This document shows positions 19,979 through 32,581 of a stretch of 64,000 nucleotides of DNA, piece after piece; position 1 is the first letter of the stretch; every line of letters begins with the position of its first letter. The stretch lies in assembly GCF_009914755.1 (NCBI RefSeq), contig NC_060925.1; one strand, 5' to 3'. A model generated the notes under the pieces. That model was given only the letters and a program-made list of their open reading frames with translations, did no database searches and was not told where the DNA came from. The position numbers and the translations under genes are program-made. Source of the DNA: the human T2T-CHM13v2.0 reference genome, Homo sapiens.

Positions 19979-20429
19979 ACCCACCTCTGTCGCAGGCAGT
20001 GTCTGCCAGGTGGGACACGGAAGCAGGGGTGGGGCCCCGCGTTGCTGTCTGTCTAGAAGTCACGATGAGAGATCGGCTGCCATAGTAACTGCTCTTCGGC
20101 ATCTCCCCGGGGTTTGCCCATCAATGCCACCTCTGTTCTCCCAGTCCCTAGGTCTTTGTTCTCCAGGGCATGGCTGCTGGAGTCCCTTCTCCCCTCTGCA
20201 CCCTTCGCTAAGTAGTCACCTGGCCCTGCCAATCCTGGATTCATCCCTTCCTTTCCCCTTTGTCTCCTAATCCTGATGGCAGAGGGTTACCTGCCCTGTA
20301 AACAGAGTATATGTTATTTTCCAAGTTAAACTAATTATAATAGGTATCTGTGCAGTGCTTTACAACCGACAGGATTCCTATCAAAGATCTCTTCTCATTC
20401 CGTACTTATAACAACTTACGGAAGTTGAC

Positions 20430-20980
20430 TTTTTTTCTTTTTTGAGACAGGATCTCACTCTGTCACTTAGGCTGGAGTGTAGTGGCATGATCACCGCCTC
20501 ACTGCAGCCTTGACCTTCTGGGCTAAAGCAATCTTCCCACCTCAGCCTCCAGAGTAGCTAGGACTACAGGCGTGTGCTACCACGCCCAGCTAATTTGTGT
20601 ATTTTTTGTAGAGACAAGGTCTCGCCCTGTTGCCCAGGCTGGTCTTGAACTCCTAGGCTCAAGCAATCCACCCACCTTGGCCTCCCAAAGTGTTGGGATT
20701 ACAGACACGAGCCACTGCACTTGGCCGGAAGTTGGTATTAACACCCATTTTATAGATGGGGAAACTGAGGCTCAGAGAAGTCACATACCCATAAATAGCA
20801 GAGCTCAGACTTCAACTAAGACCTCTGATATACATCTAGTTTTCTTTATTCACACCAGCAGTTTTCATGAGGTATTCCACCAAATATTCAAAAAGGGCTC
20901 CGTCAGCTGGGTGGGGTGGCTCACACCTGTAATCCCAGCACTTTGGGAGGCCAAGGTGGGCGGATCATCTGTGGTCAGGA
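20430..20980. mobile_element. AluJ (-) 20430-20726, MIR fragment, short Alu fragment (+) 20906-20980
   Basis: Consensus motifs. Confidence 0.82.
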
Positions 20981-21569
20981 GTCAATCAGAGATCACCCTG
21001 GGATTGTTTTTGGCGCTGGGAGAACAGCCTCCTTTCTGCTGAAGTTGCCAGGGGCCATGTCTCCCCATAGGAGGAGATGCCAGTCTGTCATAGGAGATAA
21101 TGAGGCCAACAGGCAGAGTCAAGAAGAAACAGAATAAATGGTCCTAAAGGGAGAGGGTGTTTGGGAAGCAGTCCCTCAGGCCCTGGTCCCTGAGGCCCGG
21201 ATCCCTGCACAATTGCCTTAATCCTGTGAGCTACCTTGAAACACTTCCAGAGATGAGAGCCAGCTGGAGTTGGGTTTCTGTTGTCTGTAATCCTAGTCAA
21301 ACCAAAAAGTCTGCCCAGACAAGTCCTCAAGCCCCTTCAGCAGCCCAGAATTGATTTATCAGCCAAGACAGGCTCAGGGTGCCACGCGGTGCCAGGGCCC
21401 AGCCCCACTGAAACATCCCCTAAGGAACATGAGCCAGTAAAGCCAACAGGATGCACTCCTCTCTAGATCCTGGATTTCCTTGTTGTCAGCACCACTTTGG
21501 TTCAGAAAATAGGATCAGGGTACCTGTGGGCCACAGAGGGTTCAGCAGAGAAGCCACTCAAAAGTCAGG

Positions 21570-22350
<781 letters not shown>

Positions 22351-22404
22351 GTCTGCCTTGCAGGGTCCAGGGTGGGGACCAGGACAGCCTTACTTGTGAT
22401 GCCA

Positions 22405-23504
22405 AAGATGCCAGAAAAAGCAAGTGGCTCTCAGTCATGACCTTTTGGGGGAACCCTTGGACTGGGAACAGAACAGCAAGAGCTGGCACCACATGACCTC
22501 AGGGGCTCCAGAGATCGCTGGTGCAACCTGAGTGGTCAGGAGAGGCAGGTTCTGCTGCAGAAACAAGCAGGCCCAAGATGCCCAAGGCATGAAACAACAT
22601 GCTTCCTCTGTTGCTCGTGGCCAGGACTCAGGCTGATGGGGCAGCTGCTTCTGGAACATTATAAAATGGCTCTCACTTCTGCCCACATTTCATTGGCTAA
22701 AGCAAGTTAGGGCCACACTCAAACTAAAGTGGGTGGGGAAATACAATCCCATTAAGGGCCTGGAAGGCAAAGAGCTGGGAATTTCTGGGGAACAACATTA
22801 ATGACTCCCACAGCCCCCTGGAGGCTCAGACACACACGATGGAGTTACCCAGGGTGAGTGGCAGAGTGGGCTGTAGACCCACCTGGGCTCCTGGACAAGC
22901 ACTGTCTGCCGTGCCGCCCTCCCCTCCCCACACTGCCCAGCCTCCTCCACTACCTAATGACCACTAATAGCTTAATCTCCTAAGCCTCTTGGCCCCTTCT
23001 GCACACCAGCATCTGCTCATCCTCCCAGCATCTCAGAGGAGGGATGGGGTGAATCCCCTGGTTACCACCCAGGGAACTAGGACACCCCTTCTTGCCCTTC
23101 TTCTCCCTTAGGACCAATGTCTGGGCCTCACATAGACCACATAGCTTGGGGAGGGGGTGGGAAGAGCAAGCCCCGCCCGGCCCTGGCAGCTGCATCAGCA
23201 GCTTAAGCAGGAACCACAGCAGGGCCTGGGCAGCTGCCAGGTTCGAGCCTAACCTCCCAGGCTCGTCCTGACAAATTGCCCTCCTAACATGTTCTGCTTC
23301 CGAAGCTGCTTCCCAGGGGTCCTCCCTGGGAAGGTGCCAGAAAAAGCAACTGGCTCTCAGACACGACCTTTTGGGAGAACCCTTAGACTGGGAACAGAAC
23401 GGCAAGAGCTGGCACCATGTGACCTCAGGGGCTCCAGAGACCACCGGTGCAACCTGAGTGCTCAAAAGAGGCAGGCTCTGCTGCAGAAACAAGCAAGCCC
23501 AAGA
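22405..23504. repeat. Dispersed 174-bp direct duplication (22405-22578 and 23331-23504)
   Basis: Ungapped alignment with 17 mismatches by manual count (~90%). Confidence 0.92.
22600..22810. mobile_element. Probable old MLT1-family LTR fragment
   Basis: cacatttcattggctaaagcaagt...ggggaaatacaatccc resembles MLT1. Confidence 0.45.
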
Positions 23505-26430
23505 CAGAAATGAGCAAGCCTCCCGCCCTCTCTGAGTCCAGCTGCCAGAGAAGTGTCAGGGACCAATGGTCCCCAGTGGACCCAGAGGCCTCTGGCCACC
23601 CTGCCCTGACTGCCCCATGAGCCACATCACAAGCCAAGGAGAAGTGTGCCCCTCACCACCCTGGGCAGGTGCAGGAACTCTAAGGGACCCTCCCAACCAC
23701 CTCAGCCCCCTACAGGTGAGCCTGGGGCCACCCGCTCCAGCTCCCTGGCACGGATGTTCTCTTCCTGCAGGGCCCTGCACCGTTGCTGCCTATTTGCACA
23801 TCAGTCCTGTCCAGCAGCCTCAGCCCCGCATCTCACTTCCCAGCCCAGCGCCCAGTAGGTCCTCAGCCAGCATTTCCTGATGGGCTCAATGCCCGGCAGG
23901 GGCCCAGCTGGCACAGGCTGGGCTGATTAACTCTCGCAGTGCCTGGAGGAGTCCTGGGAGGCAGCCAGATGGCTCAGGGCTCACCTCCAAAACCAGCCGG
24001 AGGCGCTGGGAGGAGCTGCGAGAGCTAGGAAGGAAGGTTCCAGATAGAACCCTGAGGGGCAGAGTCCGGGCTGCGCCTCCCAGGGTATGGCCTCTCTACA
24101 GTCTCAGCCCTCCTGATGGGGTGGAGGGCTGAATCGGTCGGAGAAGTCTATAGACTGCGTGGCAGGGTTCTACCCTGGGATGCAGGACCAGCCCCGGACT
24201 GACTCCCAAGGGACAAGCTGGCAGGGGCAGTCCGAGCTGGGCCTGGGAGGGTGGGCAGGGCCGCCACAGGCCTCTGGGCTGGGGGCTGGGGCTGAGCCTT
24301 GCTGAGGGAGCACAGGTACAGCCACACCATAGGCCTGGCTGGAGGGGCCACCTCAGGCCAGTGAGGCCATCAGATGCTACCTGGGGAGGCTACCTGGGCA
24401 CTGCAGGGGGGGGTGGATGGGCCCCCCAACTCCGCCCCACTACTGACTCCGCCAGGTCCCTTCCCCAACTGGAAGCTCAGCCCCTCCACCAAGCCAGCCC
24501 CTTTCACACAAGGATACACAAGGATGTGCACCTACGGTAAACAAAGGGCTATTTTTATAGCCTCATTGTTTCCTCTGGCAGCTTCCTAACTCCCCAGCCA
24601 AGGTACACCTCAGTCCTCCCTCCGGGCACACTGCAGACCTCCAGCTCTGCAGGCTCTGCAGGCTCCGCCCTGCCAGGTGCTGGCAGCTCGGGACTCCACC
24701 ACCCCTCAGGGGCTGCGCAGAGGAGGCCAGGGCCTAGGGTGCAGCCAGGGCCCAAGGTGAGGAGCTGTGGCCTCTTCCTGTTCTGCAGATGGAGGCCTGA
24801 GGCTGGGAAGCGGCACTGAGGGGTCACGGGGCATCACCCACTGCCATGGGGGCATCTCTCAGCTGGGCCCACCTAGACCTATGTCCTGAGTCAGCAGCCT
24901 GGCCTCTTGCCCAAAGATGTCAAGTGTTGGGGGTGGCCATGCTCTGTCCTAGGGCTAGAGTAGCCTGGGCATGGAGGCAAAAGAAAGAAAGCAGACCAGA
25001 CTGTCAGTTTTAGTGTTTTGAAATTCTCTCCAGACAATACACCCCCTTATTGCCTGAACCCCAGGCAGGCTGCTCCCCCGTCCGTGTCCCCCCACCCTTG
25101 GCTCACCACTGCCGGTGCCCACCCACTGAATCCAGACAACAGCCAATGAGGCAGTTGCCATGACTGTTCCCACGTTCCAGATTAGGAAACAGGCTCGGAA
25201 ACATCGAGTGATTTGCCCACGACACAGTCATTGGCAGAGTCTGGATTCGATCCCAGGTCTGCAGTTCCGGAGCTCGGAGCCCAGGCCCTGCCTCCTTGGG
25301 CAGGATGTGGGCCTCCCCCCACAGCAGCCACCCTCCCAGCCTCCCCATCTTTGGGGTGAGGGGTGCGGAGTCTTGGGGCCCTGGGGGGCTGGGAAGGCAG
25401 GAGGAGGGGCTGGCCGGGAGGGAGGGGTGCTGGGGCCCAAGATGGCTCTGTCTTCCTCCTCCTCTTCCTCCTCCTCCTATTTGCTCTGAGGCAGAGCCGG
25501 CTGCAGTGAGAAGGAGCCGCTGGCTGTGATGGGTTTTTTTTAACCACTTGATCATGATCAAGGATTTAATTTTATCCCCTTTCCTGACTGGCTGTGATTC
25601 TATTTGGAGTTTAAGCACGAGGCGAGCAGGAGGGTCCCTGGAAAACAAGACTCCCACCCCCAGGCTCTGCCGAGGTCCCTCCCTGCCTGTCCAGCCATGA
25701 CAGAGTCCACCCTGAGGGGACACCCTTCTCAGCTGGCAGGTTTTGGGGAAGGCGGAGGGGCTCTGCTCCAGTGAGCCCCCGTCCCCGAGGCAAAGCGGCT
25801 CAGCAGAGGGAGAGGCTCAGGGCAGGGGCTGGGGAGCTGGAGGCAGCTCTGGCCTTGGCTTCTACAAAGGGATCATCTGGGCTCCTTCATCCTCATCAAA
25901 GAAGCATTTTCTAAGCACCTCGCAGGACCTGGGGCTGTGCTCCTCCCCACACCAAAGGCTGCTGACAAGTCCTCGCTCTGTGTGACTTTTGAGTAGAGAG
26001 GATGGGGTGGAGAGAACCCACTATGGTGACTTAACAATGACCTTATGTCCTGACCCCCCACTGGTCGCAGGTCACTCTGCTAAGCGTGTCATATGCATCA
26101 TCTCATTAGTTGTCACCAACAACCTCTGGCCCTGATGCTCTTATTTTTTCCATTTTTTTCAATAAGGTTCATCATTCACCCCAAGTCACACAGCTGCCAA
26201 GTGACAGATTCAGTCCTGCCTCCAGTTGGCCTCCACAGTTCCCACTCTAAACCATGATGTCTCCCCAGCCCCCAGCTATGTGGACATAAAGATTTAGGCT
26301 GTGGGGTCAAACAGTCCTCGAAGATTTAAAGTGGAAGAGGAACTCTGGCAAAATCAGCTTAGCTTGGAGGTGAAGTGCTAGGTCCGCATGGGAGGCTTCA
26401 GACAGACCCAGGGAGCTTCGGGGCAGCCTA

Positions 26431-26775
<345 letters not shown>

Positions 26776-27686
26776 TCAAAGATGTTTGTGAAGATCCACC
26801 TCCTTCCACTGGAAGCAGCATGGTCAAGACCAAGGGTCAGGCAGTGGAAACTCTCAGAGGCTCTGGGTCTGAAGTCACCTCCTCTGGGGTTGCGCAGGGC
26901 GGGGCGGGGCTCCCACAGGTGTGCAAACAGGGACGACCACCTGTTGCACACACCCCTAACCTAGGGGCTCTGGAAGAGGAGCAGGGGCAGGGTGGGTAGG
27001 GCGTGGCTCGTCCCTGCATCAAGAACGCTCATGACTTCCGTGCTGGCAGGACTGGAAGGCCCTTCTGGGAACCATCTGTGATGGGGAAGTTCCAATGTCA
27101 GGGAGAAAAGTGAAAGCAAGACACTAGTTGATATTCAAAAGGCATTTCACTGCCCTTGTCCCTTGAGAAGGACTTTCTTCAAATTAGAAAGTCCTAATAG
27201 GACTCGCCCTGCAAGTCCCCCCAAATCTCCTGAACCAGTTGTTTCCCAGAAGATCAAGTGCTTTCAGTGGACAGTGCAGAGCGGGGAAACGTTTTCTCAG
27301 CACAGCCTCAGGTTAGTCGGTTAGTCTGGGTGCATTTTATCCTTCGGGAAATGAAAAGGGTTGGGTGGCCATGGGCAACCCAGAAGAGGGAGGGAGAGAG
27401 ATAAAGACAGAGAGAGAGAGAGAGAGAAATGAACCTGCCCTGCCCAAGCAAAGGCGGCACCTGGGTGGTGTCAGGGGTCCCCTGGGGCCAGAGTTCCCCC
27501 TACCACCAATGGAAGGGATCATATTCCCTGCTAAAAAGACCCTCTTCAAAGGCTGGGGCCAGCCTGGATTCTCAGTGCTGGTATTCACCTGCAGGGACAG
27601 GGAGAAGAAGCGCTTCATTCATTCTCAACTGCCCGCCCCCCAAGGCTGGGAAACACCAAGAGCCACAGCCCTCAGCCTCCCCACCC

Positions 27687-27772
27687 CAGGCTCGGCCTGG
27701 CCCCCTGCTGTCTCCGGCAGCTCTGCCTCCTTCCCCGCAGGCTCAGCCTGGCCCCCTGCTGTCTCTGGCTGC
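27687..27772. repeat. Imperfect tandem duplication, period 51 bp
   Basis: caggctc(g/a)gcctggccccctgctgtctc(c/t)ggc occurs twice. Confidence 0.85.
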
Positions 27773-29184
27773 AGCAGTCCCAGCGCTGCCTGTTGGGGTC
27801 ATTACCCCATCCCGTACCTGGGAAGGTGACCCAGGAGGTTGCCTGCTGTGTGGGCTGACGGACCCCGAAAGACCCAAGGCTGTCCCCAGTGTTTTTCCTT
27901 TGCCTGCTGAAGTGTCCCCGACTCATTTACGTGGCCTACTTCCCATGACAGTTTAGGCAGCTTAGACAGGTTAGACAGCGCCAGGAGGACGACCCCGCTT
28001 GGCTCCGGTTTCCAAGCTCTCTGCTGGGGGCTGGGCAGGTGGGACCAGGGCCAGCCGGTCAGTCCCTTGAACTACTCAGTGGCTCAGCTTAGAAGAGCTG
28101 ATTAACTACAAGGCTGACAGTGTCACTCAGAGCGCTGGGCAAGGGGTGGAATCTGCACATAATCTACCTACCACGGACCCTTGGATGTGTGTCTCTATGT
28201 AACTTCTGGTTAACACAGCAATCTCTTTCTCTCAATGACTGCAAACTCCTTTCTGGACAAGAAGTTACAGAAAGAGGCAGATCAACTTAATGTAAGGATA
28301 AGCATAGGTTACATGAACATGGTCTGGACTAACTTGTGAGGTAGTGAGCTCCCCAACTCGAGAGAGTATTCAAGCAAAGCCTGGACAAGGTCTTTTCAGA
28401 AATGTTTCAGAGGGGCTTGTGCATCTAGCTACTGCGTGGGCTGCTACAAGACCCAGTATCTCCCCCAACACAAAGACTTAATGATGTTGGTTGTGCCATT
28501 GTACTCATATTCTGTAAACTCCATAGCCTCTAGGACCCAGTGAAATTCTTTGAAAAGGAAATAGAAGCAGTGAGACTATGTAAACAGAAAAAAAAAAAAA
28601 AGACCCAAAAATGGGATTATGAAGGGTGGAAATGAAAATTTCTAGAAAATGCTTCTGAAGCAAAAATTATTGAAGCAGAAATGATTTCAGCTTCCAAACT
28701 TGTACATACAGCTAAAAACCAATATATCTTCCACTTCTGGGATGGTGGAAGGGACAGATATTCTGTTTGGGTGTCTGTAACAAGCATTTTAAAACTGGTG
28801 CCATCACATCAGGATGTTGGGGTGCCTAGGATGGCGGGGTCCCCACATCCTTACGGAGTGCTTAGTGTCTTTTCATAGGTGTGGAAGACGAGGTTGCCTC
28901 TGAAGCTTACTGATCTCAGTTGAATCTGGAATGATGTTTAGAATCTCCAGGTCAAAAAGAAGGTTCAACCTTCCTAACGACCCTTGAGCTGGGCTGGGTA
29001 GATCTAGAAATTCTTCCAAACCCTGAGCTCAACTCAGGTCACAGACACTTATCAAACTTGGTGTTGTCCTTCCTGGCTGCGCCTCCCTGGGAAGGAGGGG
29101 CCCCCGCAGCAGCAGAGCCCATGTGATGTGGGGAAATCAGTCAGAGCGCCTGATTCCGAGGGAGAAACCAGCTCAGCTCACACA

Positions 29185-31628
29185 CGAACCTATGAAAATT
29201 CTTTATTGTTAATTTCTTTCTCCAACAGATATATTTTTAGTTGAAATATGGAGCCACAGCAACACTTTGACTTTTCCTCTTCAGAAGATGAGACAGGCCG
29301 GGGTCATCATTGTTACAAAAGCAAGGCCTGTGATCGTGACAAGGACAGGCTGGGGCAGAGACCACACGCTCAACCAGGTATCCACCAGGTGTGGGCCCTT
29401 TATAGGAGCTACAAAGAGGGGGCAGCCAGCAATGTGGCCTCGACACCTGACTCCAGGCACTCCGACCTGGAGGAGGGAGATGAAAGAACTCACCTTTCCC
29501 CAGGGGCTCAGCCAGACCTCCAGGCCCCTGAGTGGGGAGAGTGCGTGTGTGTGCACATGTGTATGAGTGTGCACACGGGTGTGCTCACTCACACAGCACA
29601 TGCACACATGCGCTGCCCCTCCTGAGATGCTCTCAGGTCCCTGCCAGGGTAGGGTTGTAGCTGTGTTCCCCACAGCTGACTGTCAGCTAACCAGGGCTAG
29701 GGGTGAGTGCATGGTGGAGGACACAGGGTCTTAGCCTGATGCTCGAATCCTCCTTCTGGAACAGGCTGATGGTGCCAGAGCACAGCACGAACCACCTACC
29801 CACCATGGGGCTCTCCAGGGCTCGGTCATTTGGCTCCTGTGCACTTCATGACACTCAGGAGCCCCTACGGCCCGAGCCCCAAGCCCCGAGAAAGGGGAAA
29901 GATTTGGTTCTGAGAGGGTCCCACTGGCCCTGGGCACCTAGGGGCCTCAGCATCTACCAGCATAGGGGAGGGTGGCGGCCCCCTTCCTGAGGACTGCATC
30001 TTTCTCCAGCCGCTCTCCCCAGATCCCACACCTGCCAGTGAGCCAGGGAGATAGGAGGACCACCTCCCTCCCAGGGAAGGGGGTGGCAGGTGGAAGGACT
30101 TAGGTTTGGTGCAGGAACACTAGACCTGCCCCTCACCCCCTGCCTCCAGGACTGCCATTCTGAACTGCAATTCTGGGCCTGAGTTTGGCTTAAGGGCCAG
30201 TCTGAAGGGACTTGCTTGGTGAAGGCCCAGCCAGCTGTCCCAGTGGCATTTCATAAACAAACGATACTGTCCCTTCCAGGCTGACCTGGAGAGAGACCCT
30301 TCCAAAGGCAGTGGAGTGGAGGGCATGGGCCTCCGATGAGAGAACTCCAGAGCTGGCCAGGACCTACTGTGCTGGCAGCAGACAGGTAGGAGCCTGGCTG
30401 GGGTAGGTCAGGGGTTGGTGTTTAGCTGGAGGTCTCCTGGGCCTTGTGAGCCAAGCTGGGGCTTTTATGTGGGTTCTGGGCTCCCAGAGACCTCCGCCAG
30501 ATGACCTCCAGAGTCTTTGGGGTCTCACACTGGGAGAAGCTCCTCCCCTTTCCAAGATGACCCCCAAAATGAGGCCTCAGGAAGTGGTACACAGAAGGAT
30601 GGCCAAGAGGACAGAGCTGGGTAGTACGCCTCTGCTGGGCGCGGCCTGGCCGGTGGGGCCTGGACGGTGCCTCAGCAATCCCTTTCTCACCAAGGGACGC
30701 TGGCTGGTTGCCAGCTCATGCAGGCAGTGCACATAAATCCCGCCTAACGGTTACCTCTAGGCCCTGGGCTGCTCGTTCAAGACGACACAAAGCTCCTCAG
30801 GGGCCCAACTTTCCAGCTGTGGACCCTGCTCAGGGTTCTCGGGGTCCCCTTGCTGGTGGAGGCAGGTGCACTCATTAAAGCAAATGTACTCTCCAGGTGG
30901 ACCCTCAGGCCCAGAGCCGGCAGCAGAGGGGGGTGAATCCATGGCAACAGGAGTCACAGGTGAACCAATGGGAAACCAAACACACGCATCGAAAGCCAAT
31001 CAAACACAAACCCCAAATGTGAAGGCAGCAGCAAGTTCTTTGTGTAATAAATATTGCAAAGCGCACTTGGTTTCTTTCTTTTCAAGTCAAATATAACGAC
31101 TAATGTCCCAGACCCTGTTTTCTGCATTCAAAATAGGGAAGCTGTTGATATCAGCAGAACACCTGCAGCCAAAGAAAAAAACCGTTTCCCATTAACCAGC
31201 CAATCACAGTCCCTTTCCAGTTTAAGCAGCCAATCAGACCTCTTCACATTTCTAAAAAAATGACCTAACTAAAGCACCAGAGCTCGGAGAGCTTCCAGGG
31301 AAGCCAGATACCGAGGCGCAAATTTTTTAAAAAATAAGAGTCAGAAATAAAAATAAAAGGTTTCTGTTGGTCAAGATTTAAAAAATAAAAAAGTTTCTTC
31401 CTGCAGCCAATCACAAGTCCATCCCTTTAAGCCAATTATAAACGCACCACTGGTGTCTCCCTTGATGCCAGCCCCACTGAGTAGCTGTGAGGTGGGGTGG
31501 GGCAGGGCAGGGTTGGGTAGGGGAAGGGGGAGGTGGGGCAAGGGGGGCTGCTGCCACTCAGCCGGCCCAGGAGCCACACAGATCTCTTGGCCCTCAACAG
31601 CATCCAGGGTGTTCCAAGGGCTTTGCAG
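29185..31628 (-). other. CTNNBIP1: CTNNBIP1 3'UTR (~2.4 kb)
   Basis: Alu-free stretch from the stop codon to the minus-strand AATAAA; cleavage position approximate. Confidence 0.8.
29202..29207 (-). terminator. CTNNBIP1: CTNNBIP1 polyadenylation signal AATAAA
   Basis: tttatt on +; followed on the minus strand by a GU-rich element (ggttcgtgtgtgag). Confidence 0.8.
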
Positions 31629-31687
31629 CTACTGCCTCCGGTCTTCCGTCTCCGACCTGGAAAACGCCATCACCACGTCCTCTGCAC
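31629..31687 (-). CDS. CTNNBIP1: ICAT last coding exon (G)AEDVVMAFSRSETEDRRQ*
   Basis: Acceptor ttatctgcag|GT; TAG at 31631-31629; 96+91+59=246 nt = 81 aa + stop. Confidence 0.97.
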
Positions 31688-32254
31688 CTGCAGATAAGGC
31701 GACAAGGATCGCTGATGGGGCTTGCAGCATTGGCTTGCGAACAGGACAAGCAAGGAGGCTGCGGCCAAGCTGGAGCCCCCGCCCACCAGGATCGCGGCAC
31801 TCTCTGAGGACAAAGTACTTCCGAGGAAGTCTTCCTCCCCTCTGGTCTTCCCTGCCTCCTGGCTGGGGACAAGGCTTGCAACCCTGCTGTAGGGCTGCAA
31901 GGCAGGGCTGCCAGGGTGAGGCTCAGAGGCTTGCTCAAGGCTACACAGCTGACAGGTGAGCCATGACGAGGCCCCAGGTGACCTGGAGCAGGGCTCAGCG
32001 CTGCTCACAGCCCTTGCTCCAGAGTTACCAAAGCCAGAGGCGGGGTGGCCCTTGGGAACCTCCCTCTTTCTTCTCAAGACTCGCGTCTTGATGCCTTCGG
32101 AGGGTCTGGCTCACTGTGGTTTTAAATAGCCATTCCTCTTTGCAGCAGCTTCTCCTTCACCCAAACCCAACACCTCTTCCAAGAAGTATGGCCGGGCCCA
32201 CGTCCAGCCTGCTGTCCGCCTGGCTCTGACTGAGACAGATATGCCCACAATCCT

Positions 32255-32581
<327 letters not shown>

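Noticed and set aside
31340-31390. Several + strand AATAAA hexamers near the ICAT stop
   Set aside because: Wrong strand for CTNNBIP1; most simply U-rich mRNA elements, lacking the clear flanking signals seen at 31046
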